Part shown: one piece after another, positions 12,270 through 24,845 of the stretch
Numbering within the stretch: the stretch's first letter is position 1
Layout: each line of letters starts with the position of its first letter
Assembly (NCBI GenBank): GCA_030390025.1
Contig: CM059431.1
Span: 158,784,001-158,848,000, forward strand
From: Squalus acanthias
Lineage: Eukaryota
Reading direction: 5' to 3'
Length of the DNA: 64,000 nucleotides
Made by a program: the position numbers and the translations under genes
Notes under the pieces: model-generated
Seen by the model: the letters and a program-made list of their open reading frames with translations, nothing else
What the model was told of the DNA's origin: nothing
Databases searched by the model: none

Positions 12270-15200
12270 CCCTTCCATCTCAAACTTAGTTCGTTCTGTG
12301 TAGAAAAATCTCTCTCCCATCTCTATTAAAAACTGCATTTACGAAATCCCAGCTATCCCACTTTTGGCCCTCCATTCACGACATACTTTCTACAGCTCCC
12401 GATCACACCCACACCACCACCTTCGATGCCCTACTCCCTATTAAATCAATCACATTTTCTCTCCCTGGCTTTTCCAATTGGTACCGCCCTCATATCGCAC
12501 CCTTAATTCCAAGAGACGCAGAATTGAACTGATATGGCGGACAATGGGTTTAGCCATTTGTCGCCAGTTCCGGCTGGACCACATAAAGCATTATTGGGTC
12601 CTGCTCTCGTCTGCACAAATTGCTCACTATTCCAAAATCATTCTGGAATGCAAAGACAAACCCCGGCTTCTATTCTCCACTGCTAACCATCTTCTTAAAC
12701 CTCTCTCCCCTGTCTCCTCTACCCTCAACTCCAACAACAATTGCGAGAGGCTCATAAATGTATTTGTCTCTGAGATTCAGACCATCCGATCAGCTGCCTC
12801 TGCCACTTCGCATCCTTCCCCTATCCAACCGGGAAAATATTCAATAACGTTCCCTCTGCCCTAGCCATGAACTCGCATCTTTCACCAGCTTCTCTCTGGT
12901 CTCCTCCCCTGACCTCTCTCTCACTCATCGTATCTATGAGACACAGTTCCTGCTCGCTCGATCCTATTCCCAGCTAACTGCAGACCACCAATTTCCTTTT
13001 TTGGCTCCCATGTTAGCTGACATTATTAATGACTCTCTCTCCGCAGGTACTGTCCCTCTCTCCCTCAAATCTGCCGATATCACCACTCTCCTCAAATAAA
13101 TAACTCTCGATTGCTCCGTCCTTGCAAATTTACCCTGCAACTCCAACTTCCCTTTTCGCTCCAAATTCATTGAACACGTTGTTGCCTTCCAATGCCATTC
13201 CCATCCTTCCTGGAACTCCATATTTGAGTGCCTCCAATTGGGTTTCCGCCCCTGCCACAGTAATGAAACGGCTCTTATCAAGGTCACAAATGACACCCTT
13301 TGTGACTGCGAAAAAGACAAATTATGCCTCCTCGGCCTTCTTGACTTCTCAGCACCCTTTGACACGTTTGACCACTCCACACTCCTCCAACGCCTTTCCA
13401 CCGTCGTTCAGCTGTTTGGGACTGCACTCGTCTGGTTCCATTCTTATTTATCATAGACAGAGAATCACCTGCAATGGCTTCTCTTCTCACTCGCGCATCA
13501 CTACCTCTGGTTTCCCCAAAGAATCTATCCTTGACCCCTTCCTATTTTTCATCTACATGCTGCCCACTGACAACATCATCGGAAAACAAAGCTTCAGTTT
13601 CCACGTTTAAGCTGACGACACGCAGCTCCAGCTCACTACCACTTCTCTCGACCCCTTCACTGTCTCTAAATTGTCAGACTGCTTGTCCGACATCCAGTTC
13701 TGGATGAGCAGAAATTTTCTCCAGTTAAATATTGTGAAGCCATTTTTTTCATTCCCCGTCACTGACTTCATCCCTCTCCCTCACATGTGTCTGAGGTTGT
13801 ACCACACTTTTTGCAATTTTGGATTCAGATTTGAGCCTGAAAGGAGCCTCCGACAATGTTTCCGCGGCCTAACTAAGACCGCCTATTTCCACCTCCACCA
13901 TCGCTTGTCTCCAAACCTGCATCAGAACATCTGCTCCTGAAACCCGCATCCATGCCTTTGTTACCTCTAGATTTGTCTGTTCTAAAACACTTCTGGCTGG
14001 CCACCCACATTCTACGCTACGTAAATTAGAGGCCACCCTAAACTCGGGTGCCAGTGTCCTAACTCGCACCAAGTCCCATTCACACATCACCCCTGTTCTC
14101 GCAGACCTTGGACAACGTGGACAACTTTCCATACCGCGGGAACCTACTGTAAACATGTGCGTCGATGACGAAGTCCAACACTGCCTTCAGTGTGCCAGTG
14201 CAGCCTTCGTTCGCCTGAGGAAGAGAGTGTTTGAAGACCAGGACCGCAAACCCAGCACCAAGCTAATGGTCAACTGAGCAGTAGTGATACCCTCCCTCCT
14301 GTATGCTTCGGAGTCATGGAGCAAGTACAGCAAGCACCTCAAAGATCTGGAGAGGTAAAACCAAAGCTGCCTCACCAAGATCCTGCAAATCTATTGGCTG
14401 GATATGCGCACCAACATCAGTGTTCTCGCTCAGGCCAACATCCCCAGCATCGATGTTTTCACCATGTTGGATCAGTTCCGATGGACGGGCCACATCGTCT
14501 GCATGCCCGATACGAGACTCCCAAAACAAGAGCTGTACTCGGAGCTCCGACACAGCAAGAGAAACCCAGAAAGGGCTTAGGACACGCTTCGAGGACACCC
14601 GCAAAGCCTGCTTGAAAAAGTGCAACATCCCCACCGACACCTGGGAATTCCTGGCCCAAGACCAGACAAGGTGGAAGTGAAGCACACGGGAAGGCGCCGA
14701 TCACCTCGAGCCTCTTCGCCGGGAGCAAGCGGAAGCCAAGTGCAAATAGCGGAAGGAGCGCAGGTCAAACCAAGCACCACACCCACCCGGTACTTCAACC
14801 ACCGTCTGCCCCATCTATGACAGAAATTGTAGGTACCGCATTGTACTCATCGGGGAACTAATATTTAGTGTCGAAGCAAGTCATCCTCGGTTCCGAGGGA
14901 CTGCATAAGAAGAAGAGACATTGGATGCCGGTTAAGCAACGCCTCGATTTCAAAATTCTCACCCTTCTTTTCAATTCCATCCGTGGCCTCCCACCTCCCT
15001 ACCTCTAATCTCTTCCAGCCTCCCCGCCCCACCCCAAGATAGATGCGCACCTATAATTCAGCCCATTTCCGCATCTCTGATTATATTCGCTCAACTATTG
15101 GTGGCCGTGCCTTCAGTTGCCAAGGCTCGAAGCTGTGGAAATCCCTCATTAAACCTCTCCGCCTCTCTACCTCTCTACCTCTATTTCACTTCTTTATATC

Positions 15201-15350
15201 GCTCCTTAAAACCTACCTGTTTGACCAATCTTTAGTCATCTGCGCTAATTTCACCTTATGTGTCACGGTGTCAATTTATTTTCCTATGACAAAAACTTTT
15301 ATACGTATAGCGCGTTTAACGTCCTAAAATGTCCCAAGGCACTGCACAGG
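12270..15350 (+). mobile_element. L2-clade LINE ORF2/3' end, degenerate, interrupted by an RTE fragment
   Basis: IILECKDKPRLLFSTANHLLKP, GFRPCHSNETALIKVTND, LLDFSAPFDTFDH, ADDTQL, FISLLKTYLFDQ. Confidence 0.9.
14105..14918 (+). mobile_element. RTE (BovB-like) LINE 3' fragment nested in L2
   Basis: KACLKKCNIPTDTWEFLAQDQTRWK; short AAG-repeat tail at ~14908-14918; L2 sequence resumes afterwards; same family as 24845-26880. Confidence 0.85.
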
Positions 15351-15369
15351 ACTATTGTAAGACAAAAAT

Positions 15370-15755
15370 GAAGTACTGCAGATGCTGGAAATCTGAAATA
15401 AAAACAGAAAGTACTGAAGAACCTCAGCAACTGTGAAGAGAGAAACATGAATTAACGTTTCAGGTCGATTACCTTTCGTCAGAATTTGAAAAAAGCAGGA
15501 CATGAAACAGATTTTTAAGCAAGTGTAGAGGTTGGGAAAGTGAGGAGCGGATGAAAGAACAAAAGGGAAGGTCTGTGATTGGATATAAGGCGGAAGAGGT
15601 TAAGAGACATTAAGAGATATTCAAGGCAAAAGCAGAAGGTAATGGGACAGATTAATGAAACAAACGATGGCTCTCGATTAAGTGTAAATTGCGCTGGCAG
15701 AATGAAAGACAGCTGCCATGTGGGGGAAAAGAAAAAAAAGATAAAGAGTGTGGAT

Positions 15756-15793
<38 letters not shown>

Positions 15794-16585
15794 AGGGGCC
15801 GAGGTTATAACCTGAAATTGTTGAACTCTATTTTGAGTCCAGAAGTCTGTAAAGTGCCAAATCGAAAGATGAGGTATTGTTCCTCAAGCTTACGCTGAGC
15901 TTCCGTCGAACAATGCAAGAGGCTGAGGACGGTGAGGTCTGAGTGGATGTGGAGCGGTGAGTTAAAGTGACAGGCGACCGGAAGCTCGGGGTCCCCCCTA
16001 CGGAATGAATGCAGGTGTTCCGCAAAGCGGTCACCCAAGCTGCGTTTGGTCTCCCCAATGTAGAGGAGACCACATCCTGAGCAGCGAATACATTATGCTG
16101 AATTGCAAGAAGTACAAGTCAATCGCTGTTTCACATGGAAGGGGTGTTTCGGGCCCTGGACAGCTGGAAGGATGGAGGTATAAGGGCATGTGTTGCATCT
16201 CCTGCGCTTGCACGGGAAGGTGCCGGGCGAAGGGGAAGGGCAGTTGGGAGTGATAGAGGAGTGAACTAGGCTGTTGCGGAGGGATCGGTCCCTATGGAAT
16301 GCTGAAAGTGGAGGTGAGGGGAAAATGCATTTGGTGATGTCATCACGCTAGAGGTGGTGGAAATGGCGGAGGATGATCCGTTGAATGTGGAGGCTGGTGT
16401 GGTGAAAGTTGAGGACAAGGGGAACTCTGTCGTGGTTCCGGGAGGGAGAGGCAGGGATGAGGGCAGAAGTGCGGGAGATAGAACGGACATGGTCAAGCGC
16501 CGTGTCAACCAATGTAGCGGGTAATCCTCGTTGAGGAAAAAGGAAGACATGTCAGAAGCACTGGTATGGAAGGTGGCATCGTGAG
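15370..16585 (-). mobile_element. Penelope-like element 3' fragment (GIY-YIG endonuclease)
   Basis: GDRFAEHLHS...ELPVACHFNSP...EAQRKLEEQYLIFRFGTLQTSGLKIEFNNF at 15805..16038; contains (TA)n at ~15759-15790. Confidence 0.88.
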
Positions 16586-18187
16586 ACACCCTCACTGCCC
16601 CAGCCGCGACACCCTCACTGACCCAGTCCCGAAACCCTCACTGACTCAGTCCCGACACCCTCTCTGACCAGCCCCAACACCCTCACTGACCCAGTCCCGA
16701 CACCCTCTCTCACCAGCCCCAAAATCCTCTCTGACCAGCCCCAACACCTTCACTGACCAGCCCCGACATTATCACTGACCAACCTACACAACGACAACCA
16801 AATTACGCAGGCCAGCACCGACACCCCACTGACCCAGCCCAACACCGACACCCCACTGACCCAGCCCTACACCGACACCCCACTGACCCAGCCCTACACC
16901 GGCAACCCACTGACACAACCACACTCCGACAAACCACAGACCCATTCCCCACACCGACACCCCACTGTCCCAGCCGAACACCGCACCCCACTGACCCAGT
17001 CCTACACCGACACTCCACTGACCAAGTCCTACACCAACACCCCACTGACACAGCCCAAAACCGCCCCACTCACTGACCCTACACCGACAGCCCAGAGACA
17101 CAGCTCAACACCGAAACCCTACTGACACAGCACTTCAACGACACCCCACTGACCCAGCCCAACACCGACACCCTCACTGACCCAGCACAACAACGACACC
17201 ACAATGACCCAGCCCAACACCGACACCCCACTGACCAAGTCCTAAATCGATACACCACTTACCCAGGCCAAAACCGACATCCTCTGTGACCCAGGCCGAC
17301 ACCGACACTCACTGACCAAGCCCAACATCGACACCTCACTGACTCAATCCAACACCGACACCCCACTGGACAAGACTTAGACCGCCAGCCCACTGACATA
17401 ATCCAACACTGACACCTCACAGACCCAGCCCAACACCGATACCCTCACTGACCCAACAGCGACAACCCAGTAACCTTACCTAAAGATCGACACCCCACTG
17501 ACACAGACCTACAACGGCACCACACTGAGAAACCCGAACACAGAAACACCACTAACACAGGCCAAAACCGACACCCCAATGACCCAGCCCGACACTGAAT
17601 CCCTCACTGGCACGACAGCGACACCCCACTGACACAGCCCAACAAAACACCCCACTTACCCAGCGCTTCACCGAAACCCTACTCACCCAGCCCAATAGCG
17701 AAACCATACAGACCCAGCCCAACACCGAAATCCCACTGACACAGCCCAATACTGAACCATACAGACCCAGCCCAACACCGAAATCCCACTGACGCAGCCC
17801 AACACCGAAACTCCACTGACACAGACCAATACCGAAACCATACAGACACAGCCCAACACCGACACTCCGCTGACCCAGTCCTGCACCGAAACCCCACTGT
17901 CCCAGCCAAACAGCGACAACAAACTGACACCCTCACTGACACAACATCGACACCCCACTGACATTGACCAAGACCGACCCACTACTTAGCCAGCCCTACA
18001 CTGACACCGCACTTACCTAGACCGAACCCGACCTCCACTGAAGCACCCTACCCCGACACCCCACTGACCCTGCCCTACACTGACAACCGGCTCACCCAGA
18101 CCAACACAAACACCCCACTCTCCCTGCCCAACACTGCACTTACCCAACTCGACAATGACAATCCACGGACCCAGCCCCACCCCACGT
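16586..18187. repeat. 23/27-bp satellite array
   Basis: Same unit family; its distal part is colinear with the end of the 3248-5770 array. Confidence 0.92.
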
Positions 18188-20202
18188 AAAGGCATTGCAC
18201 CGTGTCTGGCACAAGAGGGCGGACGGAGTACTCCAGGGCACCGAGCACGCATGCTGGCACTGTAGCTAATCTGGCAGGAATTTGCGGACACGCTGAATTT
18301 GCTGAAATATATCTGCAGGTCCCAGGGACTGATTCCGAATGAGATGACGTACAGCAAAGATCCTGGCTGGGTGGAATAGCCAAATACCCAACTTATCGCG
18401 TTAATGAGGCAAAAACTTCAGGCCTCCACAACAACAGCTTTCATGTATATAGCTGTTCTGGTGTAATAAGATGTCCAAAGAACTTCGCAGGAGCCCTATC
18501 AAACAAAACTTCTCACCGAGCTACACATAAGGACAGGTGACGAAAAGCTTAGCCAAAGAGGTGGATTTTAAGGAGCGTCTTAAAGGAGAGAGCGGGAATT
18601 CCAGACTTTATGGCAGTAGAAGGAATGGCCACCAATGCCGGAGTGATTAAAATCGGAGGTGCACAAGACGCCTGAATTAGATGATCAGAGTGATCTCGAG
18701 GGCTTGTGTTGGAGGAGGTGACATAGATAGGGACTGCGAGGACATGGAGGGTTTTGAAAACCAGGATGAGAATTTTTAAATCGATGTATTGCCGGATCGT
18801 GTGCCAATGTAGGTCAGAAAGCCCTCGGGAGATGGATGCTTTCTATTTCAGATCTCTACAGACACGTCTCAGAATAGCTGCTTCAAATCCGTGAAATAAA
18901 ACGTGTCTACAGCTAATATAAAAGCAAAATACTGCGGATGCTGCAAATATGAAACACAAACAGAAATTGCTGGAAATGCTCAGCCGTTCTGGCAGCATTT
19001 CTGGAGAGAGAATTTTCTAATTCTAATCCGTTCTAGCCACCCCTTTATTTCTAAATGTTCACTAATTCAACCTGGATTTACAGATTCGAACAATTTAATC
19101 ACAAATAACAGACAAAGTGGCTGATCCTCGCTCCCCATTTTAACAGAGACATTGTTTGGGCTCTTTCAGTCCAGCTATATATTTCTGATATTGTATGACG
19201 GTTGAGAAATTGTTGTCAAAGTCCCTTTTATCACCCCTCTTATTTCATTTAATAGCACGAGGGGCATTATCTCTGGGTCCAGTGACTTATCCACCTCAGC
19301 TATTCGTCTCAGATCCAAATCCTTCTCTACAGTGATCTCTAAATATGGACCCACATCCTCTTCTTGTACATCAACATTTTCACTTCCAGCATCAAAGGAA
19401 ATATTCTGTATCTCCCCAAACCTTCACCCTCCACGAGTTTCCCCCAGCTCCCCATCTAGCTCACCTCCACTGCAACAGGAAATTCTCTTAGTAAAGGAAA
19501 ATCCCAGGCCCTGTCCTATAGAGAAGAAATCACATCTCTCAGACCTGTGACTTTCAAAATGCCTTTGGAATGATTTGTAAATTTACAGGAACAACAGTCA
19601 ATCGTAAATCCAATTCATTGGAATGTTGATCCTATTTTATTTTACATTTGTTTAACAACAACCACTTCATCTCTCACTACTCGAAAACAACCTTCCTTTA
19701 TCCAGCTAATAATTTTTCACTATTACATAAATATTCTGTTTCAGCTCGAACAGTTTTATTAATTCCGCTCTCCAGTCTCAGATGCGGATAATTCCCACCC
19801 TACAGTCATATCAGATGATAACCTTCAAACTGCTCCACTCACCTATTCTGCAAAACCATTGTTGCTGTTGGGTTCACATCGCGGCCAACTTTCCCTTCTC
19901 CCCAAACTCACTCCAGTGCGCCAACGGCGTGAACCCTTCCCTCGTCCTTCAGCAAACCAGTCCGACTTTCACCTAATACATATTTCCCTCATTAAGCATC
20001 TCAGTGCTAAACAATCTAGAGATCACAACCTTGAAACCTTGTCTTTAGTCTAGTGCCTCAGTCTCAATATTCTAGTTTTTAAACGTATTTCTATCCGTGT
20101 TACTGATTCCGAGAATGGGTAATTTCTGCTCTCCTATCCTTCCCAGAGACCTTCCCACCTGTTCCAGGATTTTCTACCCTTTGGCACCAGGGAGTCAAAC
20201 TA

Positions 20203-20532
20203 GATGCAGGAAGAATGTTCCCGATGGCCGGAGAGTCCAGAACCAGGGGTCATAATCTAATGATAAGGGGTAAGCCATTTCGGACAGAAATGAGGAAGAA
20301 TATCTTCACCCAGAGGGTGGTGAACCTGTGGAATTCTCTACCACAGAAGGTAGTTGAGGCCAAGTCATTAAATATATTAAAGAATGTGTTAGATATATTC
20401 CTTAGAGCTAAAGGTGTCAAGGGATATGGGGAGAAGGCAGGTACAGGGTACTGAGTTTGGATGATCAGCCATGATCTCATTGAATGGCTGAAAGGCCTAC
20501 TCTTGTTCCTATCTTCTATGTTTCTATGTTTC
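20203..20532 (+). mobile_element. CR1 LINE 3' terminal fragment
   Basis: MFPMAGESRTRGHNLMIRGKPFRTEMRKNIFTQRVVNLWNSLPQKVVEA; TTCTATGT-repeat tail. Confidence 0.9.
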
Positions 20533-21289
20533 CCTTTAGATGGTCACTCCCTTTGATCTTTCTACTCAGCCTCTGTCCTGTTACATCTTCCTGTGTGAAG
20601 TGCAGTTGCTTGCACGAGATCTGGACCCTCTGTCAGGACAGAAATTATATTTAAGAGTATTTTCTGAACTTACCTGTGTCCACTCTTATTCTTTTGGAAG
20701 ATGCTGGATCTTCTCCCCTGTTTGGACCTTCAGCCATGTTGGGAACAGGCATTCCCAAATTCTGATGCTCTGTAATAAATATAATATTAACAGGAGTGTT
20801 CGTTGGAAATATTAAAATGAGAAGGAGAACGCTGCCTTGTTAAACATGATATCAAGTCCCTCCTCCCCCATCAGTACAACAGCTGTTAGCTCCGGGATCG
20901 AGCATTTCCCGAGTGTTACGACCAACACTTCACATCAGTTGTGACACAGACAGCTGCCAAGTGAAAACCACTTCTATTTCCACTTATCATTTTGCACCAG
21001 CTCAGGGCTGCAGACGAGTCTGTATATTCCCCTGAATATAAAAATTCCTACCACTATTCATCTCTTTTTCCTGTGCCCCACCTGCATCTCACCCCACGCG
21101 GGATGGCCTCCTGTTCCCTGCTACCAAACTATTGCTCAGGAAGACCCTCCTCTGAGTCACTGTTTCTATCCATCTTACAGTCCCCAGAACCGGTTGTCTA
21201 TTGGACAGTTCCAGTACTTGGGGGCTCCCTTCACCTGTGACAGCGGGGAAAGTCATAATGGGGAACAAAGAAAAGGCAGACCAATTAAA

Positions 21290-23560
21290 AGTCTTTCGCC
21301 CTCCATTCGCCACAACATTTCTGCATCTAGCGATCTGCTCAACCACACCCTCACCACCACCATCGATGCTATAGTCCCAATTAAATAAATTACACTGTCT
21401 CACCCTAGCTGTTCTAATGGGTACGGGTCTCATCTTCGCTCGCTTAAGTGCAAGAGACGCAGACTTGAACAGATTAAGCAGACAACTGGTTTAGCCTTTC
21501 TCTGCCAGATCTGGCTGGAACACCTAAAGCATTACCGGGACCTCCTCTCGTCTGTCAAAATTGCTCACTGTTCCAGAATCATTATAGGAATGCAAAGCTA
21601 AACCCCGGCTTCTATTCTGCACTGCAAACCAGCTTCTTCAACCCTTGTCCCCTGTCTCCTACAGCATCACCTCCAATAACAAGAGTGAGAAGCTCATGAA
21701 CTTCTTTGGCCCTAAGATTGAGACCATGTGATTAGCGGCCTCTGCCACTTCTCTTCCTTCCCCTAACTCACGGGCCAAACTTCAACTAAGTCTCCGCCCT
21801 GCCCTAGCCCTGATCTCGCAACTTTCTCCATTTTCTCTCCGATCTCCGCTCCTGATCTCTCCGCGCACAACATGTCCATAAGTCTCACTTCCTGTTACCT
21901 CGACCCTATTCCCACCAAACTGCTAACCAGCATACTTTCTTTTCTAGCTACTTTGTCAGCTGGCATTGATAACGGTTCTCTCTCCACAAGTACTGTTCCT
22001 CTCTCCTTCAAATCTGCCGTTATCACCTCTCTCTTTAAATAAAACAACTCTTGACTCCGACGACCTTGCAAACTTTCGCCCCATTTACAAACTCCCTTTC
22101 TGCTAAAAAGTCCTTGAACATGTTGTCGCCTCCCAAATCCATTCCCATGTTTCCTGCTACTCAGAGACTATTTCCTCGGGTAGAGGCAGCTGTTACAAGG
22201 GGGCATAACTATAAGGTGCATGGGGGGAGATATAGAAGGGATGTCCGAGGTAGATTCTTTACTCAGAGAGTGGTTGGGGTGTGGAATGGACTGCCTGCTG
22301 TGATAGTGGAGTCGGACACTTTAGGAACTTTCAAGCGATTATTGGATAAGCACATGGAGCACACCAGAGTGATAGGGAGTGTGATAGCTTGATCTTGGTC
22401 TCGGACAATGCTCGGCACAACATCGAGGGCCGAAGGGCCTGTACTGTGCTGTACTGTTCTATATGTCTATATGTAAAGACGTCCAGCTGGGTGGGACTGC
22501 ACGCGCCTGGTTCCATTCTTATCTATCATAGGCAGAGAATAATCTGCAATGGCTTCTCTTCCCGCTCCAGCATCGTTAGCTCTGGTATTCCCCAGGAATC
22601 TATCCTTTGCCCCCAGCTATTTCGCATCTACATGTTGCTCATTGACAATATCATAGGAAACACCGCGTCAGGTTCCACATGTACGCTGACGTCACCCGTT
22701 TCTACCTCACCACCACTTCTCTCGACCCCTCAACTGTCTCTAAATTGTCAGTCTGCTTGTCTGACATCCAGTTCTGGATGAGCAGAAAAGTTCTCCTGTT
22801 AAATATTGGGAAGACATTGTTTTCGTGCTCCGCCTCCGAATCCATCCCTCTCCCTAACATCTGTCTGAGGCAGAACTACACTGTTCGCAAAATAGGAGTC
22901 ATATTTTACCCTGAAATGAGCTTCCCACCACATAGCCATGGCATATCTTAGACCGCCTGTTTCCACCTCCGTAACACCGCCCGACGCCACCCCTGCATCA
23001 GCACATCTGCCTTTGAAATCCTCATCCATGCCTTTGTTAACTGTAGACTTGACTATTCCAACACACTCCTGGCTGGCCACCCACGTTCTACACTACGTAA
23101 ATTATGGTCATCCAAAACTCGAGAGCCAGTGTCCTAAATCGCACCCAGTCACATTCACCCATCACCCCTGTGCTCGCTGACCTACATAGGATCCCGGTTA
23201 AGCAACGCATCGATTTCAACATTCTCACCCTTGTTTTGAATTCCCTCCATGGCCTCTCATCTCCCTACCTCTAATCTCTTCCAGCCTCATGCCTGCCCTT
23301 CCCGAGATAAATGTGCTCCTATCATTTCCACTCTTGAGCATCCCGGATTAAATCGCTCAACCCTTGGTGGCCGGGCCTTCAGTTGTCAAGGCTCTAAGCT
23401 CTGCAATTTCCTACCTAAACTTCTACACCTCGCTACCTCTCTTTCCTCCTTTAAGTCGCTCCTTAAAACCTATCTCTTTGAGCAAGCTTTTAGTCATCTG
23501 CCCTAATTTTCCTTTGTGGCACGGTGTCAAATGTTTGTCTTTTAACAACAACTTTTATTT
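21290..23560 (+). mobile_element. L2-clade LINE ORF2/3' end, degenerate
   Basis: Colinear with the L2 copies at 12270 and 43170; MYADVTRFYLTTTSLDPSTVSKLSVCLSDIQFWM; FKSLLKTYLFEQAF. Confidence 0.88.
22160..22473 (+). mobile_element. Young CR1 3' fragment nested in L2
   Basis: FPRVEAAVTRGHNYKVHGGRYRRDVRGRFFTQRVVGVWNGLP..., nearly identical to the 3' end of the CR1 at 58560-60271. Confidence 0.92.
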
Positions 23561-24069
23561 CTACAGCGCCTTTAAAGTAGTAAAACATCCCAAGGCACTG
23601 CAATGGAGTATTGTAAGACAAAAAAATTGAAACTGAGCCACATAAAGATAAATTAGGATGGGTGACCAAATGCTTCGTCAGAGAGGTAGGTTTTAAGGTG
23701 CATCTTAATAGAGGGAAGTGTGGTAGCGCGGCGGAACGGTTTAGGGACGTATTTCATTGGCTTTGGCTAGAGGCAACAGTGAGCGATTAGAAATAGGTTT
23801 ATAGTCCAACAGTTTTATTTGAAATCACGAGCTTTCGGAGCGCTGCTCCTTCGTCTGGTAGAGTGAAGGAATACCAATCAGCAAAGCATATATAGAGAGA
23901 GAACAATGTGTAGCGTACAGTGTCAGACGACTACAGTAAATCTTACTGACTGCCCTCCATCTTACCTCGGCAGAGATACAATCAAGGATGGCATTACATC
24001 AAAGACACAGCAAAATACCGCTAAGACAATGAGCTGAGGTAACAAGGGGTCTAACGTGCCAACAAAAAA

Positions 24070-24845
24070 CCTGTGCCCCACCTCATTTTCTTAGAGTTAG
24101 AGACTATTCTGCAGGGATACATGGAGCGGGTGATCATTGATGAATTAAATGATCCTTCACGAGGTTTAACAAAGTCTGGCGGTATAATATTATACTTGCT
24201 CACAGATTTTTGTTTAATATTTTGGATTTGTTGTGTTTTGATATTAAATTCTGGTAGTTTATGACTGTGATATCTATCCACACACAAGATATAGCTGGGA
24301 GTGATCCCTCAGTTCTCTATGGTAAGTGACATTGTCCGTGTTTCCATGGAGCTGTGATCTGGTTGGTGATTCTATTTTAATATCTTGACCATATCTCTCC
24401 TGGTTGCAGCACTGACTGATGAGCACTGTAGGAGGTGAGGAAATTTTCCACTGTTCCACTAATATACACACTAATGCATAATGTCACGTCACTTGAAACA
24501 GTGAGATGATGCACAGCATTGATTAGTGGAATATATTTTGAGCTGACAATCTCAGAATTGTCCATAAATATGCAAGTGGTAGATTTGCCTGCAGTTTTAC
24601 AAACACAATTCTCCACTTGTGCGCGTGTCTCGCTGTGTGTGTATCCACACACGTGCGTCCAATCAAACACTTAGTCGCATCCTTTCCTTACCCAACTGGA
24701 AATGTAAAAGCGATTCAGTCTCGGATCAGTAACTTCTCCAAATTAAGGTCCAAGAACTTTGATAAAATTAATTTAGAACTGAGTTTGAGACCTTGTAAAA
24801 TTCAGTTATCTGCTGTTTCATCTTCTTCTTTTTACCTAGAATAAC
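24070..24845 (-). pseudogene. Orphan paralog of the terminal exon and 3'UTR of the death-fold/TM gene
   Basis: Colinear with ~46985-47745; acceptor ttattctag|GTA at 24835, reading VKRRR* versus VSNSR*; an RTE abuts it upstream and no upstream exons were found. Confidence 0.65.

Noticed and set aside
24274..24670. Faint Ig-V-like wording (EQWKISS...GNTDNVT...YLVCG) on the minus strand
   Set aside because: Needs frameshifts, the frame is not preserved in the 47.2-47.6 kb paralog, and the region lies after the predicted stop (3'UTR)
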